From Candidatus Gastranaerophilales bacterium (GTDB taxonomy: Bacteria > Cyanobacteriota > Vampirovibrionia > Gastranaerophilales > Gastranaerophilaceae): a DNA stretch of 64,000 nt. Positions 47,552 to 57,184 of the stretch are shown here, piece after piece. The first letter of the stretch is position 1; each line of letters opens with the position of its first letter. The translations under genes were made by a program, and so were the position numbers. Location: positions 3,906 through 67,905 of the forward strand of contig CALUPV010000006.1 in assembly GCA_944322745.1 (NCBI GenBank), given 5' to 3'. The notes under the pieces are model-generated. The model was not told where the DNA came from. It saw only the letters and a list, made by a program, of their open reading frames with translations, and searched no databases.

Positions 47552-47585
47552 AAAAAAAAGAAACCGATATTAACCGGTTTCTTTT
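47552..47585 (-). terminator. Intrinsic terminator (minus strand)
   Basis: GAAACCG-ATATTAAC-CGGTTTC with A8 on the plus-strand 5' side, which is U8 after the hairpin on the minus strand. Confidence 0.75.
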
Positions 47586-47588
47586 AAA

Positions 47589-48086
47589 CTATTTTACAGA
47601 AATCTGACCGTCCGTAAAATGAAAGTCATTATAAAAAGCTTGAAATTTTTTCACATATCTTTGATATGTAATAGGAGGCATAAAATCTCTTATTGAAAAT
47701 AAATAATTTAATGTCTGAGAATCTAAAGTATACAATGCAGAATCTGCTTCTTGATATAATTTTTTAATTTGAACATCTTTATCCGAATCAGAAAAATCAG
47801 ATGAATTTTTTATTGTATCCATCTGAAAAAGAAGATTTTTAAAATTATCAATAACTTGTCTCGCAGAATTTTTATATTGAGATGATGCCATATTAAAACT
47901 ATCTAATCTATAACCGATAAGTTCATTCTTATTAACCATAGAAATATAATCATAATCAGAAATCACTTGTAATTGATTAATTTTATTAATAATATCCGAT
48001 TCAGATGATATTATAGCATTTGCATTTAAACAAAAGACAAAAAATATAGTAAACAAAAACAAAATTTTCAAAAACTTATTTTTCAA
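47589..48086 (-). CDS. Exported hypothetical protein (165 aa)
   Basis: Signal peptide FLKILFLFTIFFVFCLNANA. No family recognised. Confidence 0.5.
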   Translation of the reverse strand: MKNKFLKILFLFTIFFVFCLNANAIISSESDIINKINQLQVISDYDYISMVNKNELIGYRLDSFNMASSQYKNSARQVIDNFKNLLFQMDTIKNSSDFSDSDKDVQIKKLYQEADSALYTLDSQTLNYLFSIRDFMPPITYQRYVKKFQAFYNDFHFTDGQISVK

Positions 48087-48098
48087 TTTATATCTCCT

Positions 48099-48509
48099 TT
48101 ATTTCTGTAAGAAATTATTAAACGAATCTTGAACATTAATTTGTTGAGCTTTATATTGGTTGTATTGTTCAGGTGTTAAAATAGACTTATACATAGCATC
48201 AGTTTTTTGTTCTAATATTTTTTGCTGTGTTTTCAATGTTGAAAGATTTCTCTCATAAGCACTTGTAAGCAAAGTAACTTGCTCGGGGGTTTTATCAGGA
48301 TCATTCTTTACCTGAGCAATCTTATTATTATAATCCATAATTCTCATTTCTAAAGAATTATTTTCTTGTTTAAAATTATACTGAATTTTAGTTAATTTTT
48401 GCATTTGTACAGGAGTAATACCATCCAAAGAATCAAAACCTTCCGCAAAGACAATACCGGAGGATGCAAGAATAGCCATAACTCCAAGCAATAAAGTTGT
48501 TTTTTTCAT
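48099..48509 (-). CDS. Periplasmic LTXXQ-motif (Spy/CpxP-like) protein, second copy
   Basis: Start taken at ATG 48509 (MKKTTLLLGVMAILASSGIVFA) after GAGG. The track start at 48650 would overlap rsfS. Motifs ITPVQMQKL and LTPEQYNQY. Confidence 0.65.
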   Translation of the reverse strand: MKKTTLLLGVMAILASSGIVFAEGFDSLDGITPVQMQKLTKIQYNFKQENNSLEMRIMDYNNKIAQVKNDPDKTPEQVTLLTSAYERNLSTLKTQQKILEQKTDAMYKSILTPEQYNQYKAQQINVQDSFNNFLQK

Positions 48510-48522
48510 ATTTACCTCTTTC

Positions 48523-48918
48523 TTATTCTTTGTAATCTGAATATTCTTTAGATTTTTCTTTCCATTCGCTTTCTTCCATACAGAAAGCGTGATTCCAAAA
48601 TCTTTCAAGGGCATATGTCTCCCGCTCTTCTCTATGAAGAACATGGACAATCACATCTCCATAATCTAATAAATTCCATCTATTTTTCATATCATTTTCT
48701 TCACCGATTGGAATTCTATCAAAAAACTCTTTAATATTTTCTCTAACATACCCAGTCAACGCTTTAATATGTGTCGGTGAATCTGATGAACAAATAACAA
48801 AATAATCCGCTAAAACAGATATATTGGAAATATTCAAAATTTTAATATCTTTTGCTTGCTTATCATCTAAAATACGTGCTATTACACTTGCAAATTTATC
48901 AGACGAAATATCTTTCAT
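48523..48918 (-). CDS. rsfS: Ribosome silencing factor RsfS
   Basis: ADYFVICSSDSPTHIKAL...WNLLDYGDVIVHV is the typical RsfS/iojap pattern. Confidence 0.85.
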   Translation of the reverse strand: MKDISSDKFASVIARILDDKQAKDIKILNISNISVLADYFVICSSDSPTHIKALTGYVRENIKEFFDRIPIGEENDMKNRWNLLDYGDVIVHVLHREERETYALERFWNHAFCMEESEWKEKSKEYSDYKE

Positions 48919-48975
48919 TTAAAAACTCCATATTATATGAAAGAATTATAGCACACATTTTACAAACATAAGAAA

Positions 48976-49956
48976 CTATATATAATTCTTAAGGTTCTTA
49001 TTTACATTATTGTTACGACAAAGTTTTTTTAACTTGCTCATTGCTCTATTTTCAATCTGTCTGATTCGTTCACGTGACACACCATAATATGTACCTATTT
49101 CTTCAAGTGTTTTTTTCTCACCATTATCGTCCAAACCATAACGCATTATTAATACATTGCGTTCCTTTTCGCTTAAATGATTCAACATTTTCTTAATATC
49201 ACAGAATAAATTATCTTGTGTAACTTTTGTATCAGGAGACAGCGTAGTTTCATCAACAATAAAATCTGACAATTTTGTATTTTCATCTTTTTGATTTGCA
49301 GGAGACTCAATACTTATAGTGCCTTGTGCCGATTCAATCAAAGCAGTCAATTTTTGAACAGGCATGCCAATTTTATATGCAATTTCTTCTTTTGTAGGTG
49401 CCGCACCATTTTCAATTGTTAAATCTGTAGATATTTTCTTAATTTTACTTAATGTTTCTATCATATGGACAGGAAGCCTAATAAGTCTTGATTTATCTGC
49501 TATAGCACGAGTTATAGCCTGTTGAATCCACCAAGTAGCATAAGTAGAAAATTTATAACCTTTGGAATAGTCAAACTTCTCTGCTGCTCTCATTAATCCC
49601 ATATTTCCTTCCTGAATAAGATCGAGAAAAGAGAGACCTCTTCCTATATATTTTTTTGCAATACTGACAACAAGTCTTAAATTAGCATTAACAAGGATTT
49701 TCTTAGCACGTTCGGAATTTTCTTCTTTTATCTTTTTAGCGACCTGAAGTTCTTCTTCGTTGCTCAATAACTTAATCTTACCAATTTGTTGTAAATATAT
49801 TTTAACAGAATCATCGGCCACAGCACTATTCTGTGTTTCAGGAACCTTAGGTTCTTCAACAGCAGAAATTATATCTTCATCATCCAAAGAAATATTATAA
49901 TCAGAATCTTGGTATTCATTATCTTTCAGTAGAAATTCTTCTTGATCTTCTGACAT
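48976..49956 (-). CDS. rpoD: Primary-type (group 1/2) sigma-70 factor
   Basis: [46 protein letters not shown], and region 4.2 [27 protein letters not shown]. Confidence 0.9.
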   Translation of the reverse strand: MSEDQEEFLLKDNEYQDSDYNISLDDEDIISAVEEPKVPETQNSAVADDSVKIYLQQIGKIKLLSNEEELQVAKKIKEENSERAKKILVNANLRLVVSIAKKYIGRGLSFLDLIQEGNMGLMRAAEKFDYSKGYKFSTYATWWIQQAITRAIADKSRLIRLPVHMIETLSKIKKISTDLTIENGAAPTKEEIAYKIGMPVQKLTALIESAQGTISIESPANQKDENTKLSDFIVDETTLSPDTKVTQDNLFCDIKKMLNHLSEKERNVLIMRYGLDDNGEKKTLEEIGTYYGVSRERIRQIENRAMSKLKKLCRNNNVNKNLKNYI

Positions 49957-49979
49957 TATGCCTCCAATTTAATAATCTA

Positions 49980-50729
49980 TTATACAATATTCCCCGATTT
50001 TTGTATTGTTTGCTTCACAGCTTCATAAATTACAATACTTGCAGCATTTGCAACATTTAAAGAATCAAAGTTTGTTAATATAGGTATCTTTATTTTATAA
50101 TCGGATTTTTTTAAAATAGTTGTAGAAATGCCTTCTTTCTCGGAGCCCATAACTATCGCAAAGTTCATATTGCAATAATCAATGTCATAATAATTATCTT
50201 TTGCATCAATGTCTGTTGCAATTATCCAGAAGTCGTTATTCTTCAGTCTATCAATAGTAGAAGAGAGGCTATTGACCATAATCAAATCAATATGGTTAAT
50301 AGCTCCTGCCGAAGATTTTTCAACAGTCGCATTTATAACAGCATTTCTTCTGGAAGGAAAAATAACAGCATCGAACCCGGCACAAACTGCTGTTCTTATG
50401 ATAGATCCCATATTATGAGGGTCTTCAACACCATCTGTAATGATTACTTTTTTATTATTTTTATTTCTTAACAAAAAATCATCTAAAGAAATATAATTGA
50501 CCGGTGCTACATATGCAATTACGCCTTGATGCGGATATTCTTTATATTGTACAAATTTTTCTTTTGGTATAAATTGAAAAACTATGCCTCTTTTTCTTGC
50601 AATATCTATAATCTGAGACACTTTTGGATTTTCTCTAATGTTTTTCATAAGAAGAATTTTACTTACACTTCTTCTTCCTTCTTGTAATAATTCAAGTACA
50701 CTATTTCTTCCAAAAATAAAATCTTCCAT
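49980..50729 (-). CDS. rlmB: SpoU/TrmH-family 23S rRNA 2'-O-methyltransferase (RlmB-like)
   Basis: N-terminal GRNSVLELL substrate-binding domain and C-terminal SpoU motifs (GSEKEGIS...IPI...SLNVANAASIVIYE). Confidence 0.8.
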   Translation of the reverse strand: MEDFIFGRNSVLELLQEGRRSVSKILLMKNIRENPKVSQIIDIARKRGIVFQFIPKEKFVQYKEYPHQGVIAYVAPVNYISLDDFLLRNKNNKKVIITDGVEDPHNMGSIIRTAVCAGFDAVIFPSRRNAVINATVEKSSAGAINHIDLIMVNSLSSTIDRLKNNDFWIIATDIDAKDNYYDIDYCNMNFAIVMGSEKEGISTTILKKSDYKIKIPILTNFDSLNVANAASIVIYEAVKQTIQKSGNIV

Positions 50730-50892
50730 AAAATTACCGTTTACCTTATATTACAAACTTCCATTATTATACATTAAATGGTATAGTTAAAGAAAGAAAT
50801 TCATTCATTAAGTTTCTTGTCAAAAATGCAAATATAAAATATTATGAGTATAATACTGATATATGTATTGGAATATGGGTTAATTTAAAAAT

Positions 50893-52548
50893 ATGTTAGA
50901 AAAACTGGGATTTAAAAAAAGAACACACGTTGGTATTTCATTATCTGCAAATAATTTTATAGAACTTGTTTGTATTGATAAAGCATCTAAGTCAGTTGTG
51001 AAATATTCTTCCGGAAATATCAAATATAATAATGCCATCAGAGAAATTATTGACTTCGATGAATTTGCTGAAGTAGTAGAAGGTTTATTTGAAGATGCGG
51101 GACTAAACCCTAGCGATTGCAGTGTTACATTGAATTTACCAAATGTACATTTTGGTATAACTTCATTGGATAATGTATCGGAGACTCCATTTATTGTAGA
51201 AAATTTACAATCTGAAATAGAAGATTTATATATTTTTAAGAGAAATGAACCGATAATATCATATTCTATTTTAGACAGCGCATCAGGCAGAGACAAAAAG
51301 AATATTATATATAGTGCTATTCAAACAAAAGTTATAGTTAAACTTATAGAAATATTTGATAATCTAGAAGCAGAACTTGTAAGAATAGATACATCATATT
51401 CATCAATGCTAAAGGCTATTCAATTCTGCGATAGATTTAGCAAATATGTACAAAAAGAGGAAAGAACAGCTATTTTATTAATTACACCAAACAGTTGCTG
51501 TTCATTCTACTTAAATGGTCCAACATTAATAGATTGTGTAGAAGAACCATTAGCAGTTAAATCATTTTCAACAGAAGAAGTATATTCAGCAATATCAAAA
51601 ATTGCGACAAATACTATTTCCAAAAATAGCCCGCAGTCATTTTTAATAATCAGTGAAACTGACGAAGTAAATTCTGAAATGCTTGCGCAAAGACTTGATT
51701 TCAAAGGAGAAGTTGATTGCATAAATAAGAGTATTAATACAAATGAACAATTTATAGATATATCAGGCGTAGGTACTGATATTGATTCTAATATGATTTC
51801 ATATATGACAATAGAGGCAGTTGGTGCAGCTGCAGCTGATTATGATGACTATCCGTTGAATATAAATTTCTTGCCTCCGGAACGTATTAATGAAAATTTA
51901 ATCCAAGTTGGTGAATATGAAGTTGATTTATATAGATTTATTACAGTAGTTTTAGTTTCAGCTGTCCTTGCAGCAGCTGTTGTATGTATAGTTTTTACAT
52001 CTATACTCACATCAAAAGTAAATAATATGCAAGGACAGAATTATTCTGCAGAAAAAGAAATTGAAGTATTCAAGAAAACAATAAAAACAAATGAAAAGAC
52101 GCAGAAAAAAGATATTCTGCCAATATTAACAAAAATATTAGAAACAAATAAAACGGTATTTGATGTATATAGTGCATTATCAACAGAAATACCTGATTCT
52201 ATATATATCAAAAAATTTGTAACAAATGCTGATGGTGGTATAGGTATTCTAGGCGAAGCCAAGACAAGTGAATCTGTTCAAGATTTTGTTAAAGGATTAA
52301 GAGAGAAAAACAGTGATTTAATGTTATCCAAATTGTCAATTAATTCTAAAAATGATCCTATACCAGCAAAAATTCCAAACGGATTTACTTTTGAAATAAA
52401 AACATCAAAAATAGATGTTGCACTTACTGAAGACGATTTTATTAATACAGTAATGCAAAATAATCCAATACAAACTCAAAATATGACAAAACAAAGAGGA
52501 AGACGTGGACCCTCACCAATGACCCCGCCGCCTGCTCCGATAATATAA
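50893..52548 (+). CDS. pilM: Type IV pilus assembly PilM-PilN fusion protein
   Basis: Actin-like PilM N-terminus (THVGISLSANNFIELVCID...), the TM segment FITVVLVSAVLAAAVVCIVF at about aa 345, then a PilN-like periplasmic part (IPDSIYIKKFVTNADGGIGILGEAKTSESVQDFVKGL). Confidence 0.7.
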   Translation: MLEKLGFKKRTHVGISLSANNFIELVCIDKASKSVVKYSSGNIKYNNAIREIIDFDEFAEVVEGLFEDAGLNPSDCSVTLNLPNVHFGITSLDNVSETPFIVENLQSEIEDLYIFKRNEPIISYSILDSASGRDKKNIIYSAIQTKVIVKLIEIFDNLEAELVRIDTSYSSMLKAIQFCDRFSKYVQKEERTAILLITPNSCCSFYLNGPTLIDCVEEPLAVKSFSTEEVYSAISKIATNTISKNSPQSFLIISETDEVNSEMLAQRLDFKGEVDCINKSINTNEQFIDISGVGTDIDSNMISYMTIEAVGAAAADYDDYPLNINFLPPERINENLIQVGEYEVDLYRFITVVLVSAVLAAAVVCIVFTSILTSKVNNMQGQNYSAEKEIEVFKKTIKTNEKTQKKDILPILTKILETNKTVFDVYSALSTEIPDSIYIKKFVTNADGGIGILGEAKTSESVQDFVKGLREKNSDLMLSKLSINSKNDPIPAKIPNGFTFEIKTSKIDVALTEDDFINTVMQNNPIQTQNMTKQRGRRGPSPMTPPPAPII

Positions 52549-52564
52549 AAAATAAAGGAAATAT

Positions 52565-53161
52565 ATGAATAAGAAAAATAAACAACTGGTTCCAATATGT
52601 ATTGCTTTAGCAGTGTTATTATTTTTTGTAATAACATTTATTGTTGTAAAACCCAAATATGAAGAATTTGCAGAAATGCAAATCAGAGCTTCTAAAAATG
52701 ATGTAGAAAGACAAACCTTAGAAGAAAAGATCAAAAAGATTGATGCGGAAAAAGAAGCAGAAGATTTAAAATTAAAATCATTAAAACCAATATACGAAAC
52801 AACTTTAACCTCTTCAACAGATAATCTTGGTATTTTTGGTAATATGTTTGAAGAAATAATAAAGAAAGCGCAAAAGAATGGTTTATTAATCCGTTCTATA
52901 GAATATGATATGAGACCGGCAAATGATCCCATTTATATAGAAAATCCCGAAATATATAATGCTTGTGAATTAAAATTTTTCTTTGTTGGTTCTTATTCAC
53001 AATTGCAAGCCTTCTTGTCTGATATGAATAACAACTTTAAATACTTGACATACATTTCAAAACTTAATATTACAGCATTTACATCTAATACAGACTACTT
53101 ATTAATAAATATTTCAATAACATTGTATTCAAAGAAAAATGAAGGTCAAAATCAAAGATAA
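52565..53161 (+). CDS. pilO: PilO-like pilus assembly protein
   Basis: N-terminal TM, coiled coil (ASKNDVERQTLEEKIKKIDAEKE), then a ferredoxin-like C-terminal part. Position directly after pilMN. Confidence 0.55.
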   Translation: MNKKNKQLVPICIALAVLLFFVITFIVVKPKYEEFAEMQIRASKNDVERQTLEEKIKKIDAEKEAEDLKLKSLKPIYETTLTSSTDNLGIFGNMFEEIIKKAQKNGLLIRSIEYDMRPANDPIYIENPEIYNACELKFFFVGSYSQLQAFLSDMNNNFKYLTYISKLNITAFTSNTDYLLINISITLYSKKNEGQNQR

Positions 53162-53174
53162 AGATAATAAAAAG

Positions 53175-53210
53175 AAAAAGGAGTAAAGAATGAATTTGCT
53201 CCTTTTTTCT
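53175..53210 (+). terminator. Putative intrinsic terminator after pilO
   Basis: AAAGGAG (53177-53183) pairs with CTCCTTT (53199-53205) and is followed by a T-run. The 15-nt loop makes it weaker. Confidence 0.45.
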
Positions 53211-53212
53211 TT

Positions 53213-53632
53213 TCACTTAATTTGAAAAGAACATCTACTGCATTGAGCCTTAGGATGTAAAGCAATATTATTTTCCAAGTCCAGTAGACGTACAATTTTT
53301 GTAATAAGCTTAGCTGAACAAATAGGACATCTTAAATTTTCTGTTTCACCATTTAAAATAGCTTTTTTAACACTATTTATATATTTATCAGTAACAGAAT
53401 CATATGATACTAAAAGAATTCTCTCATATTCTTTAATATCTGATGGGTTAATTTTCAATCCTTTAGCAAGTTTTTGACGAACTGTAGCAGGAAGAAATAA
53501 ATCTTTACCGGATTCAATATCATCAATCTGCTCTACTGTAAGACCAGATTTTTTAGAAAGTCCAAGCACAGAGAAACCCGCTTTTTCACGAGTTTCTCTG
53601 ATAAATTCAGCTAATGACTTAAGTTCTGACAT
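53213..53632 (-). CDS. XRE-type HTH protein with C-terminal CxxC...CxxC zinc ribbon
   Basis: SVLGLSKKSGLTVEQIDDIESGK (HTH) and RCPICSAKL...QCSRCSFQ. The start overlaps the secF stop (TAATG). Confidence 0.65.
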   Translation of the reverse strand: MSELKSLAEFIRETREKAGFSVLGLSKKSGLTVEQIDDIESGKDLFLPATVRQKLAKGLKINPSDIKEYERILLVSYDSVTDKYINSVKKAILNGETENLRCPICSAKLITKIVRLLDLENNIALHPKAQCSRCSFQIK

Positions 53633-54621
53633 TATGCTCCAACTTTTACTTTTTTAGCTTGTTCAATATCATTCCATAAAGCAATCAAAGTACTTGCAAA
53701 AAATATACTTGAATAAGTACCAATTGCTATACCTAAAATCATAACAAGAACAAAATCTTTTGTTGTAACGCCACCGAAGAAATACAACGCACCTAACGTG
53801 ATTAATGTTGTCAAAGATGTATTGATGCTTCTGGCTAATGTTTGATTAACAGAAGCATTAACAATTTCATCATATGTTGCTTTTTTTGAATAAAATTTCA
53901 AATTTTCTCTAATTCTGTCGAAAACAACAATAGTATCGTGAACGCTAAAACCAAGAACAGTCAAAATAGCAGTTACAAACAAACTATCAATATGTACTCC
54001 ATATAATAAACCAAGTATTGAGAATACGCTTATTACAAATATAACATCATGGAATAATGCAAGAAAGGCAACTATAGCAAATTCAAAGTGGAATCTTAAT
54101 GTAAGATAAATAACAATTGCTAAAAGTGCCAACACAACAGCAATCATAGAATTAACAAATAATTGCTTCCCCAATAATGGTCCAACAGAACTTGTCTGGA
54201 CAATTTGTGCTTCAGGATAATCAGCAGTTACAATTGATGTAACAGTATCTATTGCTTCATTTTGACCATTATCAGAAAATTGTGTTCTGATAGATAAGAT
54301 ATTTTTTATAGATGATTCATTATCACCCGCAACAGGTTTTAAGACCTGTATAACAGGATTTTCAATATTTCCGTTAATTAATTTTGTTCTTATTTCGCCA
54401 ATTTTATCAGTAGAAATAGATTCATTAACAGAGTACTGAATTATAGTACCACCCGTAAAATCAATACCAACCAATAATGGAGTATGAGTTGGATAAATTT
54501 TCATCGAATATATCATAGCAACAATACCCGGGAACAGCAAAATAAAAGATAATGCTAACCATACCCATCTGTATTTAATTACATCTATAATTTTTTTTGT
54601 GTTTAAAACACTGTATGACAT
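53632..54621 (-). CDS. secF: Protein translocase subunit SecF
   Basis: GIDFTGGT... and six-TM SecF topology. Follows secD. Confidence 0.9.
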   Translation of the reverse strand: MSYSVLNTKKIIDVIKYRWVWLALSFILLFPGIVAMIYSMKIYPTHTPLLVGIDFTGGTIIQYSVNESISTDKIGEIRTKLINGNIENPVIQVLKPVAGDNESSIKNILSIRTQFSDNGQNEAIDTVTSIVTADYPEAQIVQTSSVGPLLGKQLFVNSMIAVVLALLAIVIYLTLRFHFEFAIVAFLALFHDVIFVISVFSILGLLYGVHIDSLFVTAILTVLGFSVHDTIVVFDRIRENLKFYSKKATYDEIVNASVNQTLARSINTSLTTLITLGALYFFGGVTTKDFVLVMILGIAIGTYSSIFFASTLIALWNDIEQAKKVKVGA

Positions 54622-54640
54622 TTCTATACTCCTTCAAAAA

Positions 54641-55942
54641 TTAATCTAAAACACCAAACTTTGCTTTTTCTCGTTTTGTTTCCGCAACTTCATATGCTTC
54701 ATTTATATCTTCTTCTCTTAAACCAAATAAAGCAGGATGTTTTAATTGACCGGTACCGAACATTAAATGCATAAAGTTTTTAGTAACGGTTATTGCAGAA
54801 AACATACTTACAATAACACCGATTGCAAGTGTCAAAGCAAAACCTTTAACAATATTTGAGCCTAAAAAATACAATATAGCACAAGTAATTATTGTAGACA
54901 TGTTTGAGTCAAAAATACTTGTAAATGCTCTGTCAAATCCTGAATTAATAGCAGTAAACAATGTTCTTCCCGCTTTTAATTCTTCTTTTGTTCTTTCAAA
55001 GATAAGTATATTAGCATCAACAGCCATACCAATACTCAATATAAAACCTGCTATTCCCGCAAGTGTTAATGTAACAGGAACCATTTTAAATATTGCAAAT
55101 ACAATTAAAGAATAAATTACAAGAGCTACATTTGCAATAAAACCGGGAACTCTATACCAGAAAAGCATAAATAACATTACTGCACCAAGCCCAATGATAC
55201 CTGCGACTTTACTTTTATCGAGACTATCTGCACCTAATGTCGGACCAACAGTATTTTCTTCAATTATTTTTGCGGGAACAGGTAGTGCACCTGCATTCAA
55301 TAAATCAACAATCTTTTTTGCCTGATCATGAGTAAAATCACCTGTAATTTGGGCATTTCCACCAGTAATTTCTTGCTGAACAACAGGTTCCGATATACTT
55401 TCACCATTAAAGTATATAGCAATAGGATAGCCTTTGAATTCTCTTGTTAATTTTGCAAACTTTGTTGCACCTTTACCGTTAAATTCGAGTGTTATAAGCC
55501 ATCTGCCTGCATTATCAGTACCGACTGCAGCTTTATTCAAATCTTCACCGGAAAGTCCCGAAGCTTCCCAGCCAACTGTATCACCATTTTCATTAAGAAT
55601 TGGTTTTTTAAATTCAAGTTCTGCTGTCTCACCTAAAAATTCTCTTGCCAATTTTGGGTCTGATACATTTGGTATTTCAATCAATAAACGTTTTTCTCCC
55701 ATTTGCTGAACCATTGTTTCAGAAACACCCAATGCATTAATTCTGTTTTCAAGAGCAGATTTTAAACCATCCATCATATCCTGAGTAATTTTAGATATAT
55801 TTTCGGTTGTTTGAGCTTCAAGTACAATTCTTGAACCACCAACCAAATCAAGTCCCAAAGGAATAGGTTTAACTTTAATGATTACTATTGAAAGAATAGT
55901 TAATATTACTATTGCCCAGAACATAATTATTTTATTTTTCAT
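54641..55942 (-). CDS. secD: Protein translocase subunit SecD
   Basis: Start taken at ATG 55942 (MKNKIIMFWAIV). LGLDLVGGSRIVLEA and SIGMAVDANILIFERTKEEL are canonical SecD motifs. Confidence 0.9.
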   Translation of the reverse strand: MKNKIIMFWAIVILTILSIVIIKVKPIPLGLDLVGGSRIVLEAQTTENISKITQDMMDGLKSALENRINALGVSETMVQQMGEKRLLIEIPNVSDPKLAREFLGETAELEFKKPILNENGDTVGWEASGLSGEDLNKAAVGTDNAGRWLITLEFNGKGATKFAKLTREFKGYPIAIYFNGESISEPVVQQEITGGNAQITGDFTHDQAKKIVDLLNAGALPVPAKIIEENTVGPTLGADSLDKSKVAGIIGLGAVMLFMLFWYRVPGFIANVALVIYSLIVFAIFKMVPVTLTLAGIAGFILSIGMAVDANILIFERTKEELKAGRTLFTAINSGFDRAFTSIFDSNMSTIITCAILYFLGSNIVKGFALTLAIGVIVSMFSAITVTKNFMHLMFGTGQLKHPALFGLREEDINEAYEVAETKREKAKFGVLD

Positions 55943-56094
55943 AAATATCCCCTGTATAATGATAAAACCTGTAATAATTCTAACAAAAAAAATTCTTGCT
56001 AACATAAAATAATACGTAATGTTGCAAAAAGTAAAATTGTACAGTTATCTATATACAAATGATATAATATATTCGTAGATAGAAGGAAGAGAAA

Positions 56095-57123
56095 ATGGTA
56101 ACAAAAGAAAAAGAAACTGAAACAATAAATATTTCAGAAGAAAGAAAAAAAGCACTCAAGGTTGCAATAGATAAAATAGAAAAAGATTTTGGAAAAGGTT
56201 CTATAATGCGATTAGGCGACAAACCTGCCGTTGCAGTTGAAACCATTCCAACAGGGGCATTATCGCTTGATGTAGCTCTGGGTATTGGCGGAGTCCCAAG
56301 AGGAAGAATAATAGAAGTATATGGACCTGAAGCAAGCGGTAAAACAACTTTAGCACAACATATTGTAGCTGAGTGTCAAAAAAAAGGAGGAATAGCTGCT
56401 TTCGTGGATGCAGAGCATGCTTTAGACCCTGAATATGCCAGAAATCTTGGCGTCAATGTTGATGAATTATTAATTTCTCAACCAGATACAGGTGAACAAG
56501 CTTTAGAAATTACGGAAGAACTTGTAAGAAGTGCGGCTGTAGACATTGTTGTTGTTGACTCTGTTGCGGCATTAGTTCCTAAAGATGAAATTGAAGGAGC
56601 TATGGAAGACAAACAAATGGGACTTCAAGCAAGACTAATGTCTAAAGCACTGAGAAAACTAACCGGTATAGTAAGCAAAACTAATACTACTGTAATATTC
56701 ATCAACCAATTAAGACAAAAAATAGGAGTTATGTATGGCAGCCCCGAAACAACAACAGGAGGAAATGCCTTAAAATACTACGCAAGTATCAGACTTGATA
56801 TAAGAAAAACAGAGACACTTAAGAAAGATGATAAAGAAATTGGAAACAGAGTAAAAGTTAAAGTTGTAAAAAATAAAGTTGCACCTCCATTTAGAACTGC
56901 TGAATTTGACATTATATATGGGAAAGGTATCAGTAAATCAGGATGTATTCTTGATATGGCTGTATCTTTGGATATTGTTAAAAAAGCAGGTGCTTGGTTC
57001 AGTTATAATGATGAAAAACTTGGCCAAGGCAGAGATAAAGTAAAAGAAGTATTTATAGAAAATCCGACATTAGAAGCTGAAATTGAAGAAAAAGTAAGAG
57101 AAGCACTAAAAGCAAAAGAATAA
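56095..57123 (+). CDS. recA: Recombinase RecA
   Basis: [10 protein letters not shown], Walker [11 protein letters not shown], and [36 protein letters not shown]. Confidence 0.97.
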   Translation: MVTKEKETETINISEERKKALKVAIDKIEKDFGKGSIMRLGDKPAVAVETIPTGALSLDVALGIGGVPRGRIIEVYGPEASGKTTLAQHIVAECQKKGGIAAFVDAEHALDPEYARNLGVNVDELLISQPDTGEQALEITEELVRSAAVDIVVVDSVAALVPKDEIEGAMEDKQMGLQARLMSKALRKLTGIVSKTNTTVIFINQLRQKIGVMYGSPETTTGGNALKYYASIRLDIRKTETLKKDDKEIGNRVKVKVVKNKVAPPFRTAEFDIIYGKGISKSGCILDMAVSLDIVKKAGAWFSYNDEKLGQGRDKVKEVFIENPTLEAEIEEKVREALKAKE

Positions 57124-57137
57124 AAAATTCATTACAA

Positions 57138-57170
57138 TAAAAAAGAAGTCTTTTAAAAGACTTCTTTTTT
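57138..57170. terminator. Bidirectional intrinsic terminator
   Basis: A-run, GAAGTC-TTTTAAAA-GACTTC, then T6. Sits between convergent recA and the prepilin peptidase gene. Confidence 0.8.
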
Positions 57171-57184
57171 ATTACAAGATTATA

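Noticed and set aside
50880-52932. Minus-strand ORFs 50880..51296, 51507..51722, 52041..52262 and 52513..52932 inside pilMN/pilO. Similar 60-140-aa antisense ORFs occur throughout the track (for example 1694..2603, 4868..5131, 8113..9000, 10366..10617, 12596..13021, 42250..45801, 54900..55709).
   Set aside because: Each is embedded antisense in, or out of frame with, a longer ORF that has clear family motifs. Stop-poor antisense frames are expected in AT-rich coding DNA.
56038-56058. Possible LexA/SOS box upstream of recA (TGTACAGTTATCTATATACA).
   Set aside because: It is only a partial match to either the CTGT-N8-ACAG or the cyanobacterial RGTACNNNDGTWCB pattern (the second half reads TATCTA), which is insufficient in an AT-rich promoter. 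The extended -10 TGATATAAT at 56061-56069 explains the region.
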